Positions 49,363 to 59,825 of a DNA stretch of 64,000 nt are shown here, one piece after another. The translations under genes were made by a program, and so were the position numbers. The DNA is taken from the NCBI GenBank assembly GCA_963674825.1, contig OY771587.1, forward strand, positions 1,088,001-1,152,000, written 5' to 3'. The notes below the pieces were generated by a model that did no database searches, was not told where the DNA came from, and saw only the letters and a list, made by a program, of their open reading frames with translations. How positions within the stretch are numbered: position 1 is the first letter of the stretch; each line of letters opens with the position of its first letter. This DNA is from Candidatus Cloacimonadales bacterium. Its GTDB lineage: Bacteria > Cloacimonadota > Cloacimonadia > Cloacimonadales > JAIOQZ01.

Positions 49363-51195
49363 CTAATTCGAAGCCGGTGCTTCTTTTTCCTGGAATACCG
49401 AGTAGAACTTGGCGCGATTATCTTTCACTCTAAGTTTCTCTTTCTGTTTTTCCAACCACTCGGTGTAGTAATCGTTACCTTTCTGATTGATCAGATTCTC
49501 GCGAAGAGCTTCTTTCTCGTTATCGAACATGCTCATATCTGCGGGAGTAACCTTGGTTACAAGCGCGATATAGCCGCCGCGTTTTCCATCGATCACCCCA
49601 GTCCACTGACCTTCAGGAGTTTCCTGGATTGCGCGGTTCAGATCATCTTCAAGACCGATTTGCTTGATGCGCTTCTTCATGTTGACTTCCTGCTCCGAAA
49701 CGATCTCGATGCCGGCAGCTTTAGCTTTTTCCATGTATTCATCAGGTTTGTTTTCTTCGGCGAATTTCTTCGCGTTTTCCTGCGCGACAACAATCTTCTT
49801 CTCGCGTTCGAGCTTGGATTTGATGCGGCTGGATACTTCTTCGAGATCCTGATAGTGTTCACCCTTTTCGAAGGAAACCTTCGCGATGATGAAGTTACCT
49901 TCTTCGTCTTCGATCGGTTCGAGGAGTGTTCCTACTTCATTGGTGAAAGCCAGGTTGACCAGATTCTTCTGACGTCCAAGGTCTTTCAGGTAGGATGCAC
50001 GCTGCATGAATTCTTCCGTCTGACCGACTTCGTAGCCCATTTCTTTAGCAGCCTTGTCGAGTCCTTCTTCCACAGCCTTGTCGTAAAGCGCCATCGCGTT
50101 GTTATAAACCACTTCTTCAGTCTCGGGCGAGGCCTTGATTTCGAAGAGGATGTGGCTGGCTTGGACTTCCGGTTCTCCCTTGTCGTTTTTACGCTTATCC
50201 ATCACCTTGATGATGTGGTAGCCGAACTGGGTTTTTACAAGGTCGCTCACCTGTCCAACTTTCATACTGAAAGCGGCGTCGCTGAATTCTTTGACCATAC
50301 GATCTTTCGTGAAGAAACCGAGGTCGCCGCCGTTGGGACCGGACGGGCCTTCGGAATACATCTTGGCGAGTTCTGCAAAATCTTCACCGGCTTTAGCGCG
50401 TTTCAGGATTTCCTGCGCACGATTGATGACGATCTGCTCGTCAGCTTCGCTCGGGGTCATATCGATTTTAACATAGTCGAGTTTGCGAACCGGATCGCGA
50501 AGGTAATCTTCTTTGTGCTCATTATAATAGGTTTCGATCTCAGCGTCTGTAACTTCTACTTCTTCAATCTTGCGATAATCGAAGAACAGCACTTCTACGT
50601 CTGCCATCTGGTTCTGATCGATGAATTCCTGTTTTACGTCTTCGTCGGTAACTTCGACTTCCGACTTGATATCGTCAAAAAGCTTCTCGTAGGGAAGGTT
50701 CTGACGGGCAATATACTCGAGACCAGAGAGGTTAAGCGGCTCGCCACTGGGCAAAGCGCCAGTCTTGACAACCTGCTGGTATTTCTGAAGATCAAATTTG
50801 CCATTGGTCATGAAGATTTCGCTCTGCATGATCTGCTGGCTGGGGTTATTCAAGATGCTTTCGGCAACTTCATCGTCCGTGATCTTGATGTGACGACGCT
50901 TGATCGCCTTATCCAGAATCATACGTGTTTCATATTCGTCCAGCACCTGCTGATGCAGTTCGCGAAGCTGTTTCTCGTTCAACACGTCACCTTCGTTTTG
51001 CTGCATGTGCATGCTGACCGCATTCTGGAAAGCGGCATCGTAAGTCTCAAGATTGATTTTGTCACCGTCGATTACAAGGACCGGCGGCGTGCCAAAGAAA
51101 ATATCGGTCACCCCAATCAGTGCCATACCGACGATGAAAAGGATCGCGGTAACGAAAATAATCGTTTTAGAATGCTTTCTTAAATCATTAAGCAT
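49363..51195 (-). CDS. PpiD-like periplasmic chaperone/PPIase
   Basis: MLNDLRKH plus TM; GEDFAELAKMYSEGPS...GGDLGFF...MVKEF..AAF...VKTQFGYHIIKV. Confidence 0.9.
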   Translation of the reverse strand: MLNDLRKHSKTIIFVTAILFIVGMALIGVTDIFFGTPPVLVIDGDKINLETYDAAFQNAVSMHMQQNEGDVLNEKQLRELHQQVLDEYETRMILDKAIKRRHIKITDDEVAESILNNPSQQIMQSEIFMTNGKFDLQKYQQVVKTGALPSGEPLNLSGLEYIARQNLPYEKLFDDIKSEVEVTDEDVKQEFIDQNQMADVEVLFFDYRKIEEVEVTDAEIETYYNEHKEDYLRDPVRKLDYVKIDMTPSEADEQIVINRAQEILKRAKAGEDFAELAKMYSEGPSGPNGGDLGFFTKDRMVKEFSDAAFSMKVGQVSDLVKTQFGYHIIKVMDKRKNDKGEPEVQASHILFEIKASPETEEVVYNNAMALYDKAVEEGLDKAAKEMGYEVGQTEEFMQRASYLKDLGRQKNLVNLAFTNEVGTLLEPIEDEEGNFIIAKVSFEKGEHYQDLEEVSSRIKSKLEREKKIVVAQENAKKFAEENKPDEYMEKAKAAGIEIVSEQEVNMKKRIKQIGLEDDLNRAIQETPEGQWTGVIDGKRGGYIALVTKVTPADMSMFDNEKEALRENLINQKGNDYYTEWLEKQKEKLRVKDNRAKFYSVFQEKEAPASN

Positions 51196-51520
51196 CTTCA
51201 TTTCCTCCTGAAATTCCGGATTCACTATCGTTCATCACATTGAAACGTCATCTTTTGGACGCGGTCTTTTTTTGCAATAAAAAAATTGATAAAGTATCAT
51301 GATTTATTCTTACATAACCGGTGATCGCACTTTGTAACTCCATTATCGTGGCAGAAGATGGGAGATAATCGCTTATCCTTCGGAGGATAACGTCATGAAA
51401 TGCATATCTATCAAGTCTAAGTGGGATACTGAGTAAAGAAACAACAATAAACCTCCGCAGTTGACAAAAAAGATACCGTCAATAATCCTGTAATCAGAAT
51501 ATCAACAACGGGTGTACGCA

Positions 51521-52474
51521 ATGGGACGAAATCTGCTGCTTAAGATCTTTGCACTGGCAATCGCGGTCTTCCTGTGGGCTCAGCATGAGCTCATGAATGA
51601 GCAGACTATCTTTTTCCGGGTACCGGTCAAGCTGCGGGACATTCCCGAAGATATGATCCTGACGAAGATCGACAAAGAGGTGATCCCCATCGAGATGGAA
51701 GGCATGGGCTACGATCTCTTCAAACTCAAGCTCCAGCAGCTCTTTCGGCAGGATAATTCCGCCTTGCAGATAGCCGACGGTGGAGCAGCCTATATCTATA
51801 TTGACGCCCACAATTTTACGGAAGGCACAAATACTGTACGTGTCACGCGGGATAATCTGTTCGTGCCTGAAAAGATGCGACAGGAGATGCGTTCCGACAA
51901 AATGCAGTTCGAGCTCAACGAATGGATCGAAGTAAGCCTGGATAAAGTGATTACATTCAATAAACCGGTTGAAGTGGTCTATGAAAGCGAAGAAGACAGG
52001 GCGTTCTTCAACGAAAAGAATATGATCCTGAATCCGGCACAAGTGCAGGTGAAAGGCCCGTTGAACCTGCTCAAGTCGATCGAACGCATCCAGACAGCAC
52101 CCCTTTCGCGCAAAATGGTCAAAGACTATATCGCCACCGCGAATCTGATCAGTCCCGACCCCGCTGTGCAACTGCTAACAGATAAGGTCAAAATCGATAT
52201 CTCGACCGCGCAATACATTACTATTACTATCCCGTTGATACCCATTTTCAATCCGCGCGCATCCGAATTCGTCATCATGCCGCAGAAGGTTTCAGCACTC
52301 GTTCGCGGACGAAAAGACATGCTCGACGAACTTAACGCTGAGGAACTCAACCCCTTCGTGAACCTCAAAAGCGTGAAACCGGGCGACGAAGTGAAAATCG
52401 AGTTCAATCCTCCAGCGGACATCAAAATATTGGAATTCACACCAGAAAAAGTACAGGTCAGGTCCATTGAGTAA
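51521..52474 (+). CDS. YbbR/CdaR-like membrane protein
   Basis: NLLLKIFALAIAVFLW TM; P..V.V.GP and P.KV...VRG repeats; ends F.PEKVQV. Confidence 0.75.
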   Translation: MGRNLLLKIFALAIAVFLWAQHELMNEQTIFFRVPVKLRDIPEDMILTKIDKEVIPIEMEGMGYDLFKLKLQQLFRQDNSALQIADGGAAYIYIDAHNFTEGTNTVRVTRDNLFVPEKMRQEMRSDKMQFELNEWIEVSLDKVITFNKPVEVVYESEEDRAFFNEKNMILNPAQVQVKGPLNLLKSIERIQTAPLSRKMVKDYIATANLISPDPAVQLLTDKVKIDISTAQYITITIPLIPIFNPRASEFVIMPQKVSALVRGRKDMLDELNAEELNPFVNLKSVKPGDEVKIEFNPPADIKILEFTPEKVQVRSIE

Positions 52475-53483
52475 CAATCGAATTCTCGGCATCGAAACAT
52501 CCTGCGACGACACCTCGGCATCCGTCGTCGATCTTCAGCACAACGTTTTATCCAACGTCGTATCCTCGCAGGAGATCCACAATAAATTCGGCGGTGTCGT
52601 CCCCGAACTTGCGTCCCGCGTCCATTTGCGCAATATTATGCCCATCGTGAAGAAAGCGTTGGACAAAGCCAACACAAAGCCAGAAGAACTCTGTGCCGTG
52701 GCCGTATCGGTCAATCCTGGCCTCATCGGCTCACTGCTGGTGGGTGTATCCTTCGCGAAAAGCTACGCCTGGGGCCTCGGAATCCCGCTCATCGCGGTCA
52801 ACCACATGGTCGGGCATATCCACGCCAATCTGATCGAATACCCCGATCTCAAGCCTCCATACCTGGCGCTGGTCGTATCTGGAGGGCATACCGAACTCGT
52901 ATGGTTCCAGAGCGAAACCGATTACAAGTTGATCGGCCAAACACTCGACGACGCAGCCGGCGAGGCATTCGACAAAATCGCGAAGATCCTCGATCTGGGG
53001 TATCCCGGCGGTCCGGCTATCGATAAAGCCGCCCGAGGCGGCGACCCCGCATTTTATCACTTCCCACGCGCGCTTGCCCAAAAAGACAATTTTCATTTCA
53101 GCTATAGCGGCCTCAAAACCGCAGCCATGCAATATATAGAGAATGCCGACGCTGAAACGCTCGAGAATCATCGCAACGATATCGCGGCATCCGTTCAACA
53201 GGCGATCATCGATCCACTGATCAAGAAAACCATGCGTTTCGCACGCAAGAACGGAATCGGCCGTATCCTGCTCGCCGGTGGCGTCACCGCGAACAGCCTT
53301 CTAAGAAACGAGATGAAAAAGCAGGCCGAGAAGTCGAAAATCGAGCTCTACATTCCAGCTCCGGTTTATTGCACGGACAACGCAGCCATGATAGCGATTG
53401 CCGCGATCGAGAAGTTCAACCGGCGGGATTTTGCGACGCTCGATCTCAATGCATTCTCACGCAAAGGGCTACGACTAATCTGA
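52467..53483 (+). CDS. tsaD: tRNA N6-adenosine threonylcarbamoyltransferase TsaD
   Basis: ILGIETSCDDT, GGVVPELASR.H, VNHMVGH, VSGGHT, DDAAGEAFDK, CTDNAAMI. Confidence 0.97.
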   Translation: MSNNRILGIETSCDDTSASVVDLQHNVLSNVVSSQEIHNKFGGVVPELASRVHLRNIMPIVKKALDKANTKPEELCAVAVSVNPGLIGSLLVGVSFAKSYAWGLGIPLIAVNHMVGHIHANLIEYPDLKPPYLALVVSGGHTELVWFQSETDYKLIGQTLDDAAGEAFDKIAKILDLGYPGGPAIDKAARGGDPAFYHFPRALAQKDNFHFSYSGLKTAAMQYIENADAETLENHRNDIAASVQQAIIDPLIKKTMRFARKNGIGRILLAGGVTANSLLRNEMKKQAEKSKIELYIPAPVYCTDNAAMIAIAAIEKFNRRDFATLDLNAFSRKGLRLI

Positions 53484-53588
53484 ACGATCTGAACACGGAA
53501 TGTTATGATTCTCTTAATGGATTTTGCGCTATAAGCGGCATAGCAGATACATCAATTGCAATAAAAAAACCTTCGGTCGAGCTAAGAG

Positions 53589-53783
53589 TTATACACAAAA
53601 ACAAGTTAGCCCACATATTTTGAAACCACCTGAAAATAAAGCACTTACAAAATCGGAAAATCTTTCCGCAACAGTTATACACAAGTTATCCACATCGGGA
53701 ATTCCAGTAATTACAGGCAGTTGGATTATTACACCCTCTTCACACTATCCACATCGCATCGTGGATAATTCATGTTATCCACA
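53589..53783. promoter_or_regulatory. DnaA-box cluster, candidate oriC or DnaA regulatory locus
   Basis: TTATACACA at 53589 and 53675; TTATCCACA at 53686 and 53775; one-mismatch CTATCCACA at 53745 and reverse TTATCCACG at 53760-53768. Confidence 0.75.
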
Positions 53784-53802
53784 TCACCTCTTCACGGGAA
53801 AT

Positions 53803-54984
53803 TTACTGCTCGAATTCCTCACCGTGGAAAGCGTATAGAAATTCCAACCATTTACACGCGCTGAAGTGCAGGACAAGGTAGTCGGTGGAGAGGTTGTGCA
53901 GGATGACGATGTTGTCGGTGAGCCAGATCGTACCGGATACATCGTAACCATCATCGAGATTGTATTGATCGCTGTGGTAGAAGAGCGCGTCGATTTGGTC
54001 GAGAATCGTCTGCGTATCGCGCGCCAGTTGCGTATCGCTTGTGGTATCGTGCAGGATGGTGAAAAATTGTCGGATATCGATGTCTTGCAGCACGGAGCCG
54101 TACTCGTCGCATTCTTGACGTGCGTCATGGAAAACATCCGTCGATGCAGAGTCTTTCCAGGTGTCCACGAAAAGCGACAAAGAGTCCTGGAGCGCCTGTA
54201 GCTGCTGATAATCGGCTACCGAGCATGTAATCGGCAATGTGCTGCCGTACTGGCTTCCACCCGGACGATAAGAATCGACGTAGGTATCGACGATTGCTTC
54301 GGAAAGGCTGCGGGAATCTGAAGCGGTGTTCCAGAGTTCGAGCGTTTCGTCGAAGGGAAAGCCGTCGGCGTTGATTTCTGCGTTCGATCCAATGATATAG
54401 TGTACCTTTCCGGCTGTTTCGCCCATCACTTCAAGGCTTTGCATTTCACAGGCGTCGAACATGAGAATATCCATATGATTGCGAATGGCCGACATCGCAT
54501 TGTAGAAATCTCCCGTCCGCACGCCGATATGGCTGTAGCTTTCATCATCGGAGCAGATCCATTCGAGAGAGCCGTCGCGATACCAGACATCCCCGTGCGA
54601 CCAGATGACAAGTGCATATTTTTTAGCAGGATAATGATTCGTCGCCCAGTTGACGAACCCCGAGAGCTCATGCCAATCGCCGCTGTCGATCTCACCAATG
54701 TTATCGATCCGGTCCGATCCGATCTCGTCGGTATCGTCATGCCGAATCTGAAAGCGCTGTGCACCAGTGTAATCGCTGTACTCGTTCCAGTCCACCTGGA
54801 CAATTACCCGAATATCGCCTGTAATATTGGCAGCCTCCATCTCGTTAATATCTTCGAGCGCTTGGCTGGATAGGCCATTATCCGCAGCCATATAAACCAT
54901 AATGGTCCAGTCCGACTCGCGAGGATCGTCGCTGCATCCGACAAGAAAGAATGCAATTGCAAGAATGAGTATGATGTATCTCAT
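53803..54984 (-). CDS. Clostripain-family (C11) cysteine peptidase lipoprotein
   Basis: LVGC lipobox; WTIMVYMAADN.L, YPAKKYALVIWSHG, ILMFDACEMQ. Confidence 0.88.
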   Translation of the reverse strand: MRYIILILAIAFFLVGCSDDPRESDWTIMVYMAADNGLSSQALEDINEMEAANITGDIRVIVQVDWNEYSDYTGAQRFQIRHDDTDEIGSDRIDNIGEIDSGDWHELSGFVNWATNHYPAKKYALVIWSHGDVWYRDGSLEWICSDDESYSHIGVRTGDFYNAMSAIRNHMDILMFDACEMQSLEVMGETAGKVHYIIGSNAEINADGFPFDETLELWNTASDSRSLSEAIVDTYVDSYRPGGSQYGSTLPITCSVADYQQLQALQDSLSLFVDTWKDSASTDVFHDARQECDEYGSVLQDIDIRQFFTILHDTTSDTQLARDTQTILDQIDALFYHSDQYNLDDGYDVSGTIWLTDNIVILHNLSTDYLVLHFSACKWLEFLYAFHGEEFEQ

Positions 54985-55131
54985 GTTCGCTCCTGTGTAC
55001 AGATTGCATGAAGGTTCGATTATGTCAAGACCTGAAACACATGTTTTTTCCTTGTCAGAAAGTTAGTATTTGCGGAAAATCGTATGGTTTTCAATAAAAC
55101 AATCATTGCATCATGGTGATATGAGGGAAGA

Positions 55132-56652
55132 ATGAGCGGCAAAAACTTAGAAGCTGAAGTGAAGAGATACCATAAACAAGCCCTCGAAATGAAAGAGGCG
55201 AAAAAATATGACGAGGCTATCGAGTACTTCAGGCATGCATGGAAGCTCGCAGATGATATCCACTTCGTCGAAGAAATGAAAGCCATGATTCCAAACTTCA
55301 TGACTTCTTATTACCTGTCCAATAGGTTCGATGAAGGTGTCGTGTATCATAATGAAGCGATCGAATTTGCGATTCGCGAAAACGATATCAAGCTACAAGC
55401 CCGTATATATACCGGACTTAGCGCTTTGCTGTGGTTTCAGCGGAAATTCGACGAATCTCTTACCATATCTCTTATTGCGCGGGAAAAATGCGAAGAAGCA
55501 AACGATAACATCATGCTGCTCAAAACCCTGACGAACCTTGCAATTACAGAATCCTCCCTTGATAACATCGAGAGAAGTCTCGAATATTATCGCGAGCTAT
55601 TCACACTGGCCGAAGAAATGAATGCTCCCGAAGAACTTCTAATTGCCTGCCTCAACCTTCAAGCGCTATACTTTGATTCTTTCGACTACGATCGATCCAT
55701 GGATTACGGCATAAAAGGGCTCGAGATTGCCAGAAAGACTGGTGCAAAGGAAGAAATGTCAGCACTTATCAACAATATCGGTAACATCCACTTCAGGAAA
55801 AGCGAATACAAAGAAGCGCTCAAGTATTACCTTGAAGGTATCGACCTTCTGGATGAGAAGCACACGAAGCGTAGCTGGCTGGCGAATAATTATATGAATA
55901 TCGGGATGTCGTACGTGAACCTCGATAGATATGACGAAGGTGAGGTATACCTTAGAAAAGCCCTGGAAATCGCGGATATGTACCCTAGAATATGTCAGGA
56001 GACTCGGGCAAGAGTCCTTGCGAATCTCAGCATTGTCCATGTTCAACGCGATGAACTTGACGAGGCTGAAGAAATCCTTGGAGAAATCATTCCCAAGCTC
56101 GATGAACTCGACCTCGGATTCAATCGCACGTTCTTTATCCAATCCTTTGCGGATGTGCTCGAACAACAGGGGAAATTCAAGGAAGCGATCAAGGTATACC
56201 AGATAGCGCTCGAAAAAACCACTCAATTGTATGATGATACCCTGGCAAAAGGAATTGCACAAGCACAGACGATGCTCGAGCATGAATCCAAAGTGCGCGA
56301 AACTGAGCTTCTCAAGAAAAAAAACCTAGAGCTGGAAATCAAGAACAAAGAGCTGGAAGAAGCACAGGAAACCATCCGCGAGCTCGAACGCAGAAACACA
56401 ATAAACGCCATGGCGGTCACAGCCAACCATGAGATGAACCAGCCACTCATGATCATCCGTGGCAACCTTGACCTTTTGATCGACAATTGCATGGTTGAGA
56501 ATCATGATAACATGAAATACATTGAAAGGATTTCGAGTGCCATCGAACGAATCGAGAAGCTCCTCCTGAAATATCGAACAGCAGAACGCAGCACATTGAG
56601 CTCCTACAGCGATAGCACGGCGATGGTTACTTTTGATGAGGAGAATCAATAG
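55132..56652 (+). CDS. TPR-repeat protein with a C-terminal HisKA-like domain (no HATPase)
   Basis: TPRs (NNIGNIHF, YMNIGMSY), coiled coil, ANHEMNQPL..I.G H-box. Confidence 0.75.
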   Translation: MSGKNLEAEVKRYHKQALEMKEAKKYDEAIEYFRHAWKLADDIHFVEEMKAMIPNFMTSYYLSNRFDEGVVYHNEAIEFAIRENDIKLQARIYTGLSALLWFQRKFDESLTISLIAREKCEEANDNIMLLKTLTNLAITESSLDNIERSLEYYRELFTLAEEMNAPEELLIACLNLQALYFDSFDYDRSMDYGIKGLEIARKTGAKEEMSALINNIGNIHFRKSEYKEALKYYLEGIDLLDEKHTKRSWLANNYMNIGMSYVNLDRYDEGEVYLRKALEIADMYPRICQETRARVLANLSIVHVQRDELDEAEEILGEIIPKLDELDLGFNRTFFIQSFADVLEQQGKFKEAIKVYQIALEKTTQLYDDTLAKGIAQAQTMLEHESKVRETELLKKKNLELEIKNKELEEAQETIRELERRNTINAMAVTANHEMNQPLMIIRGNLDLLIDNCMVENHDNMKYIERISSAIERIEKLLLKYRTAERSTLSSYSDSTAMVTFDEENQ

Positions 56653-56716
56653 GCCCATCGTTTATCATAAACTCACACTCTAAGCATATAATATAGAAAA
56701 ACGTGGGAGACGCCCA

Positions 56717-57154
56717 ATGGACAGCCGGAAGCACGTTCTCTTTATATGTAATCATAATGCCGCACGTAGCCAGATGTCAGAAGCTTGGCTTAATTACCTC
56801 GGAGGAGATTGGTTTTATGCCGAAAGCGCGGGATTCGAACCGACAGAAGTAAATCCATATGTTATCGAGGTAATGAAGGAAGAAGGTATCGATCTTAGTG
56901 AAGCTGAATGCGACGATGTATTCGAATTCTACAAAGAAGGAAGACGCTATCACTACACCATCACGGTTTGCGACCAATCACTCGCAGAAACCTGCCCTCT
57001 CTTTCCCGGCTTGGTCCTCGGTGGACGTATGCACTGGAGTTTCACCGATCCCGAATCATTTGGCGGAACGCCAGAAGAGATTCTGGATAAAACGCGATTG
57101 GTTCGCGATCGAATCAGGCAACAAATAGAAATATTTATTACCAATCACAAGTAG
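56717..57154 (+). CDS. arsC: LMW-PTP-fold arsenate reductase ArsC
   Basis: VLFICNHNAARSQMSE, ITVCD, TCPLFPG, HWSFTDP. Confidence 0.85.
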   Translation: MDSRKHVLFICNHNAARSQMSEAWLNYLGGDWFYAESAGFEPTEVNPYVIEVMKEEGIDLSEAECDDVFEFYKEGRRYHYTITVCDQSLAETCPLFPGLVLGGRMHWSFTDPESFGGTPEEILDKTRLVRDRIRQQIEIFITNHK

Positions 57155-57234
57155 GATCCAAACCAACATCGAAAATAAATTTGACATAATCCCCTGAAAA
57201 GACAACCATAACCAAAAGCAAGAAAGGGGACTGT

Positions 57235-58158
57235 GTGATTAGAATAAACAACTTAGCCAAACGTTTTGGCGAGATCATCGCACTCGACGACATTTCCCTC
57301 AGCATCGAAAAAGGTGAAGCATTCGGACTTCTGGGACCGAACGGTGCAGGCAAGACAACCCTTATCAACATCCTCTGCACCTACCTCGACCACGACAGCG
57401 GTACAGTAGAGATCGATGGGCTCGCATTGCCGGGAAAAGCACGCGAACTTAAAAAGCGTTTCGGTATTGTACCACAGGAAGTATCCCTCTACGAAGACCT
57501 GAACGCACTGGAGAATCTCCAGCTCTGGGGTAAGCTCTATGGCCTGTCAGGCACTACTCTGAAAGAACGGTCGGATTCCATTCTGAAGTCAGTCGGTCTT
57601 TGGGATCGACGCAAAGACGCAGTTAAACACTACTCTGGCGGAATGAAACGCAGACTCAACATCGCCGCAGGCATCCTGCACGATCCGCCTATTATCTTCT
57701 TTGACGAGCCGACTGTTGGTGTAGATCCGCAATCGCGTAATTTCATCTTCGAGCTGATTGAAGCCATGCACGAAGAAGGTAAAACCATCATCTACACTTC
57801 GCACTACATGGAAGAGGTAGAGCGGCTTTGCACGCGCGTCGGGATTATCGACCATGGTAAGCTGATCGCACTTGGCACCCGTCAGGATCTCTACGCTCGC
57901 CTCGGTGAAGAGGATCGGATTATCGTCAGGCTGCGTGAACCATTTCCTGCTGAAAAGCTGGCGAACGCACTGGGAATCTCTGTCATTAAAAAAGACCATA
58001 CCAGCCTGCTGATCCACGGAAACGACCTGATTGGAAGGCTTTCGAATATCCTTAACACCCTGGAGGAGATGGGAACCGAGCTGGAGGAGGTGCATATCGT
58101 GCAGCCCAATCTGGAGCAGGTATTCCTCGCCCTGACAGGAAGGGAGCTCCGAGAATGA
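57235..58158 (+). CDS. ABC transporter ATP-binding protein
   Basis: GPNGAGKTT, YSGGMKRR, DEPTVGVDPQSR. Confidence 0.92.
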   Translation: MIRINNLAKRFGEIIALDDISLSIEKGEAFGLLGPNGAGKTTLINILCTYLDHDSGTVEIDGLALPGKARELKKRFGIVPQEVSLYEDLNALENLQLWGKLYGLSGTTLKERSDSILKSVGLWDRRKDAVKHYSGGMKRRLNIAAGILHDPPIIFFDEPTVGVDPQSRNFIFELIEAMHEEGKTIIYTSHYMEEVERLCTRVGIIDHGKLIALGTRQDLYARLGEEDRIIVRLREPFPAEKLANALGISVIKKDHTSLLIHGNDLIGRLSNILNTLEEMGTELEEVHIVQPNLEQVFLALTGRELRE

Positions 58159-59489
58159 GAATCTTAGCATTAATCGCAAAGGATATAAAGCTCTTCACGA
58201 AACATCCGGGATCATTGATCCTCACTTTCATCGTCCCGATGGTGATTACACTTATCTTTGGTATGGTATTCGGTGGATTCGGCACCAGCGATTCGGGAAT
58301 AAAAGGCATCCTGGTTGTCGGTGTCGATGAAGACCAGTCCGAGTATTCGCAGAAACTCATGACTGCGATCGGCGACCTGGAAGAAATCCGGCTCGAAACT
58401 GAATACACGAAGAACGATTCCACCCGTCTATATACAAACGACTACATGAACGACCAGATAAAAAGAGGGAACCGACATATCGGAATCCGCATCGAGAAAG
58501 GTTTTCAGGACAGTCTCAAAGCAGGAGACAAGCCATCAATTCATATTCACTACGACCCCAAATTCCCGATCGAACAGGGCATCGTGAACGGCTTGATGCA
58601 GCGCACAATCATGATGCAGATGCCCAGCCTGATGCAGGTACAGCTCTTCAAGCGCGCCGACGAATATCTGGGAGATGAAAAAGGGCAAGGTTTCCGCGAC
58701 GACCTACTCAATACGATTCGCACTTATTTTGATCCCAATCTGGAATCGCTCGATATGCCGGCAGTCGATGATTTCAAGATTACCGATTCTGATTCAACTG
58801 AAGCCGCTGAAGGCTCCTTTTCAATGGGTGACATAGCCCCGATCAGGATTCGTGGAAACCAGCTTCTGGGAGTCGATGTCGAAAACCCGATGTTTGTGCA
58901 TAGCGTTGCCGGAATGGCTGTGATGTTTTTACTATTCTCGGTGAGTGGAGCAGCATCGTCACTCCTTTCCGAGAAGCAAAACGGAACCATCAAGCGCCTT
59001 TTGATATCGCCGGTACACAGCTCTGAGATCCTGTGGGCAAAAACGCTGTTTATCGTAATCGTTGGCGTAGCACAGCTCATCGTAATGTTCATCTTTGGCT
59101 GGCTTGTCTTCAAACTCGACATTTTCAAAGATATTCCGGCGCTGCTGATTATGATCTTCTCGACCGCGATCTCATGCGCAACGCTGGGAATGCTTATCGC
59201 CGCCTCATGCAAAGACCAGAAGCAGGTCGATGAGCTTTCGACCCTCCTGATTCTGGGTATGAGTGCGCTTGGCGGCTCAATGTTCCCATCGTTTATCATG
59301 CCGGCCTATCTCCAATTCGTGGGAAAATTCACACTCAACTACTGGGCAATGACAGGCTTGACCTTCATCTTCTGGCGCGATCTCCATGTCGTAGATATTC
59401 TACCTTATGCAGGGGTGTTACTTGGTGCAGCCGTGGCATTTTTCCTGATCGCGTGGATGCTGTTCAAGAAGAGGCTGTTCAACGATTGA
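58155..59489 (+). CDS. ABC-2 permease
   Basis: EKQNGTIKRLLISP, LGGSMFP; multiple TMs. Confidence 0.88.
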   Translation: MRILALIAKDIKLFTKHPGSLILTFIVPMVITLIFGMVFGGFGTSDSGIKGILVVGVDEDQSEYSQKLMTAIGDLEEIRLETEYTKNDSTRLYTNDYMNDQIKRGNRHIGIRIEKGFQDSLKAGDKPSIHIHYDPKFPIEQGIVNGLMQRTIMMQMPSLMQVQLFKRADEYLGDEKGQGFRDDLLNTIRTYFDPNLESLDMPAVDDFKITDSDSTEAAEGSFSMGDIAPIRIRGNQLLGVDVENPMFVHSVAGMAVMFLLFSVSGAASSLLSEKQNGTIKRLLISPVHSSEILWAKTLFIVIVGVAQLIVMFIFGWLVFKLDIFKDIPALLIMIFSTAISCATLGMLIAASCKDQKQVDELSTLLILGMSALGGSMFPSFIMPAYLQFVGKFTLNYWAMTGLTFIFWRDLHVVDILPYAGVLLGAAVAFFLIAWMLFKKRLFND

Positions 59490-59567
59490 TGGAGGCTATG
59501 GATCGTTGAATGCGCTCGTGTCAGCGGTCCCGCATCGTTATTTTGTAACGGGATTTGCGAAAACAAA

Positions 59568-59627
59568 CTCACCCGGCATCGACAATGACAAACTGTCGAT
59601 GCCACCCTCTCTTTGACAAAGAGAGGG
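59568..59627. repeat. REP-like double hairpin
   Basis: CTCACCC GGCATCGACA...TGTCGATGCC A CCCTCTCTTT-gac-AAAGAGAGGG. Confidence 0.55.
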
Positions 59628-59825
59628 CAAGTAGGTAGCGCTTCGCGGAATTTCCAGGCAAATCCCTTTCCAAAATGACCGATGCTGCCCACCCACCCAT
59701 TTTCACGAGCGCATTCCTCACCTGCCCAAGACGGTGGTTGAAACATTGGCGTTTCAGGGTTTCAGATAAAATTTTCATTGAAACAAATCGACTCGTTGCT
59801 ACATTCTGACGCATCAGGAGGATTG

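Noticed and set aside
48859..51183. 774-aa plus-strand ORF
   Set aside because: Antisense shadow of the PpiD-like genes; no recognisable motifs.
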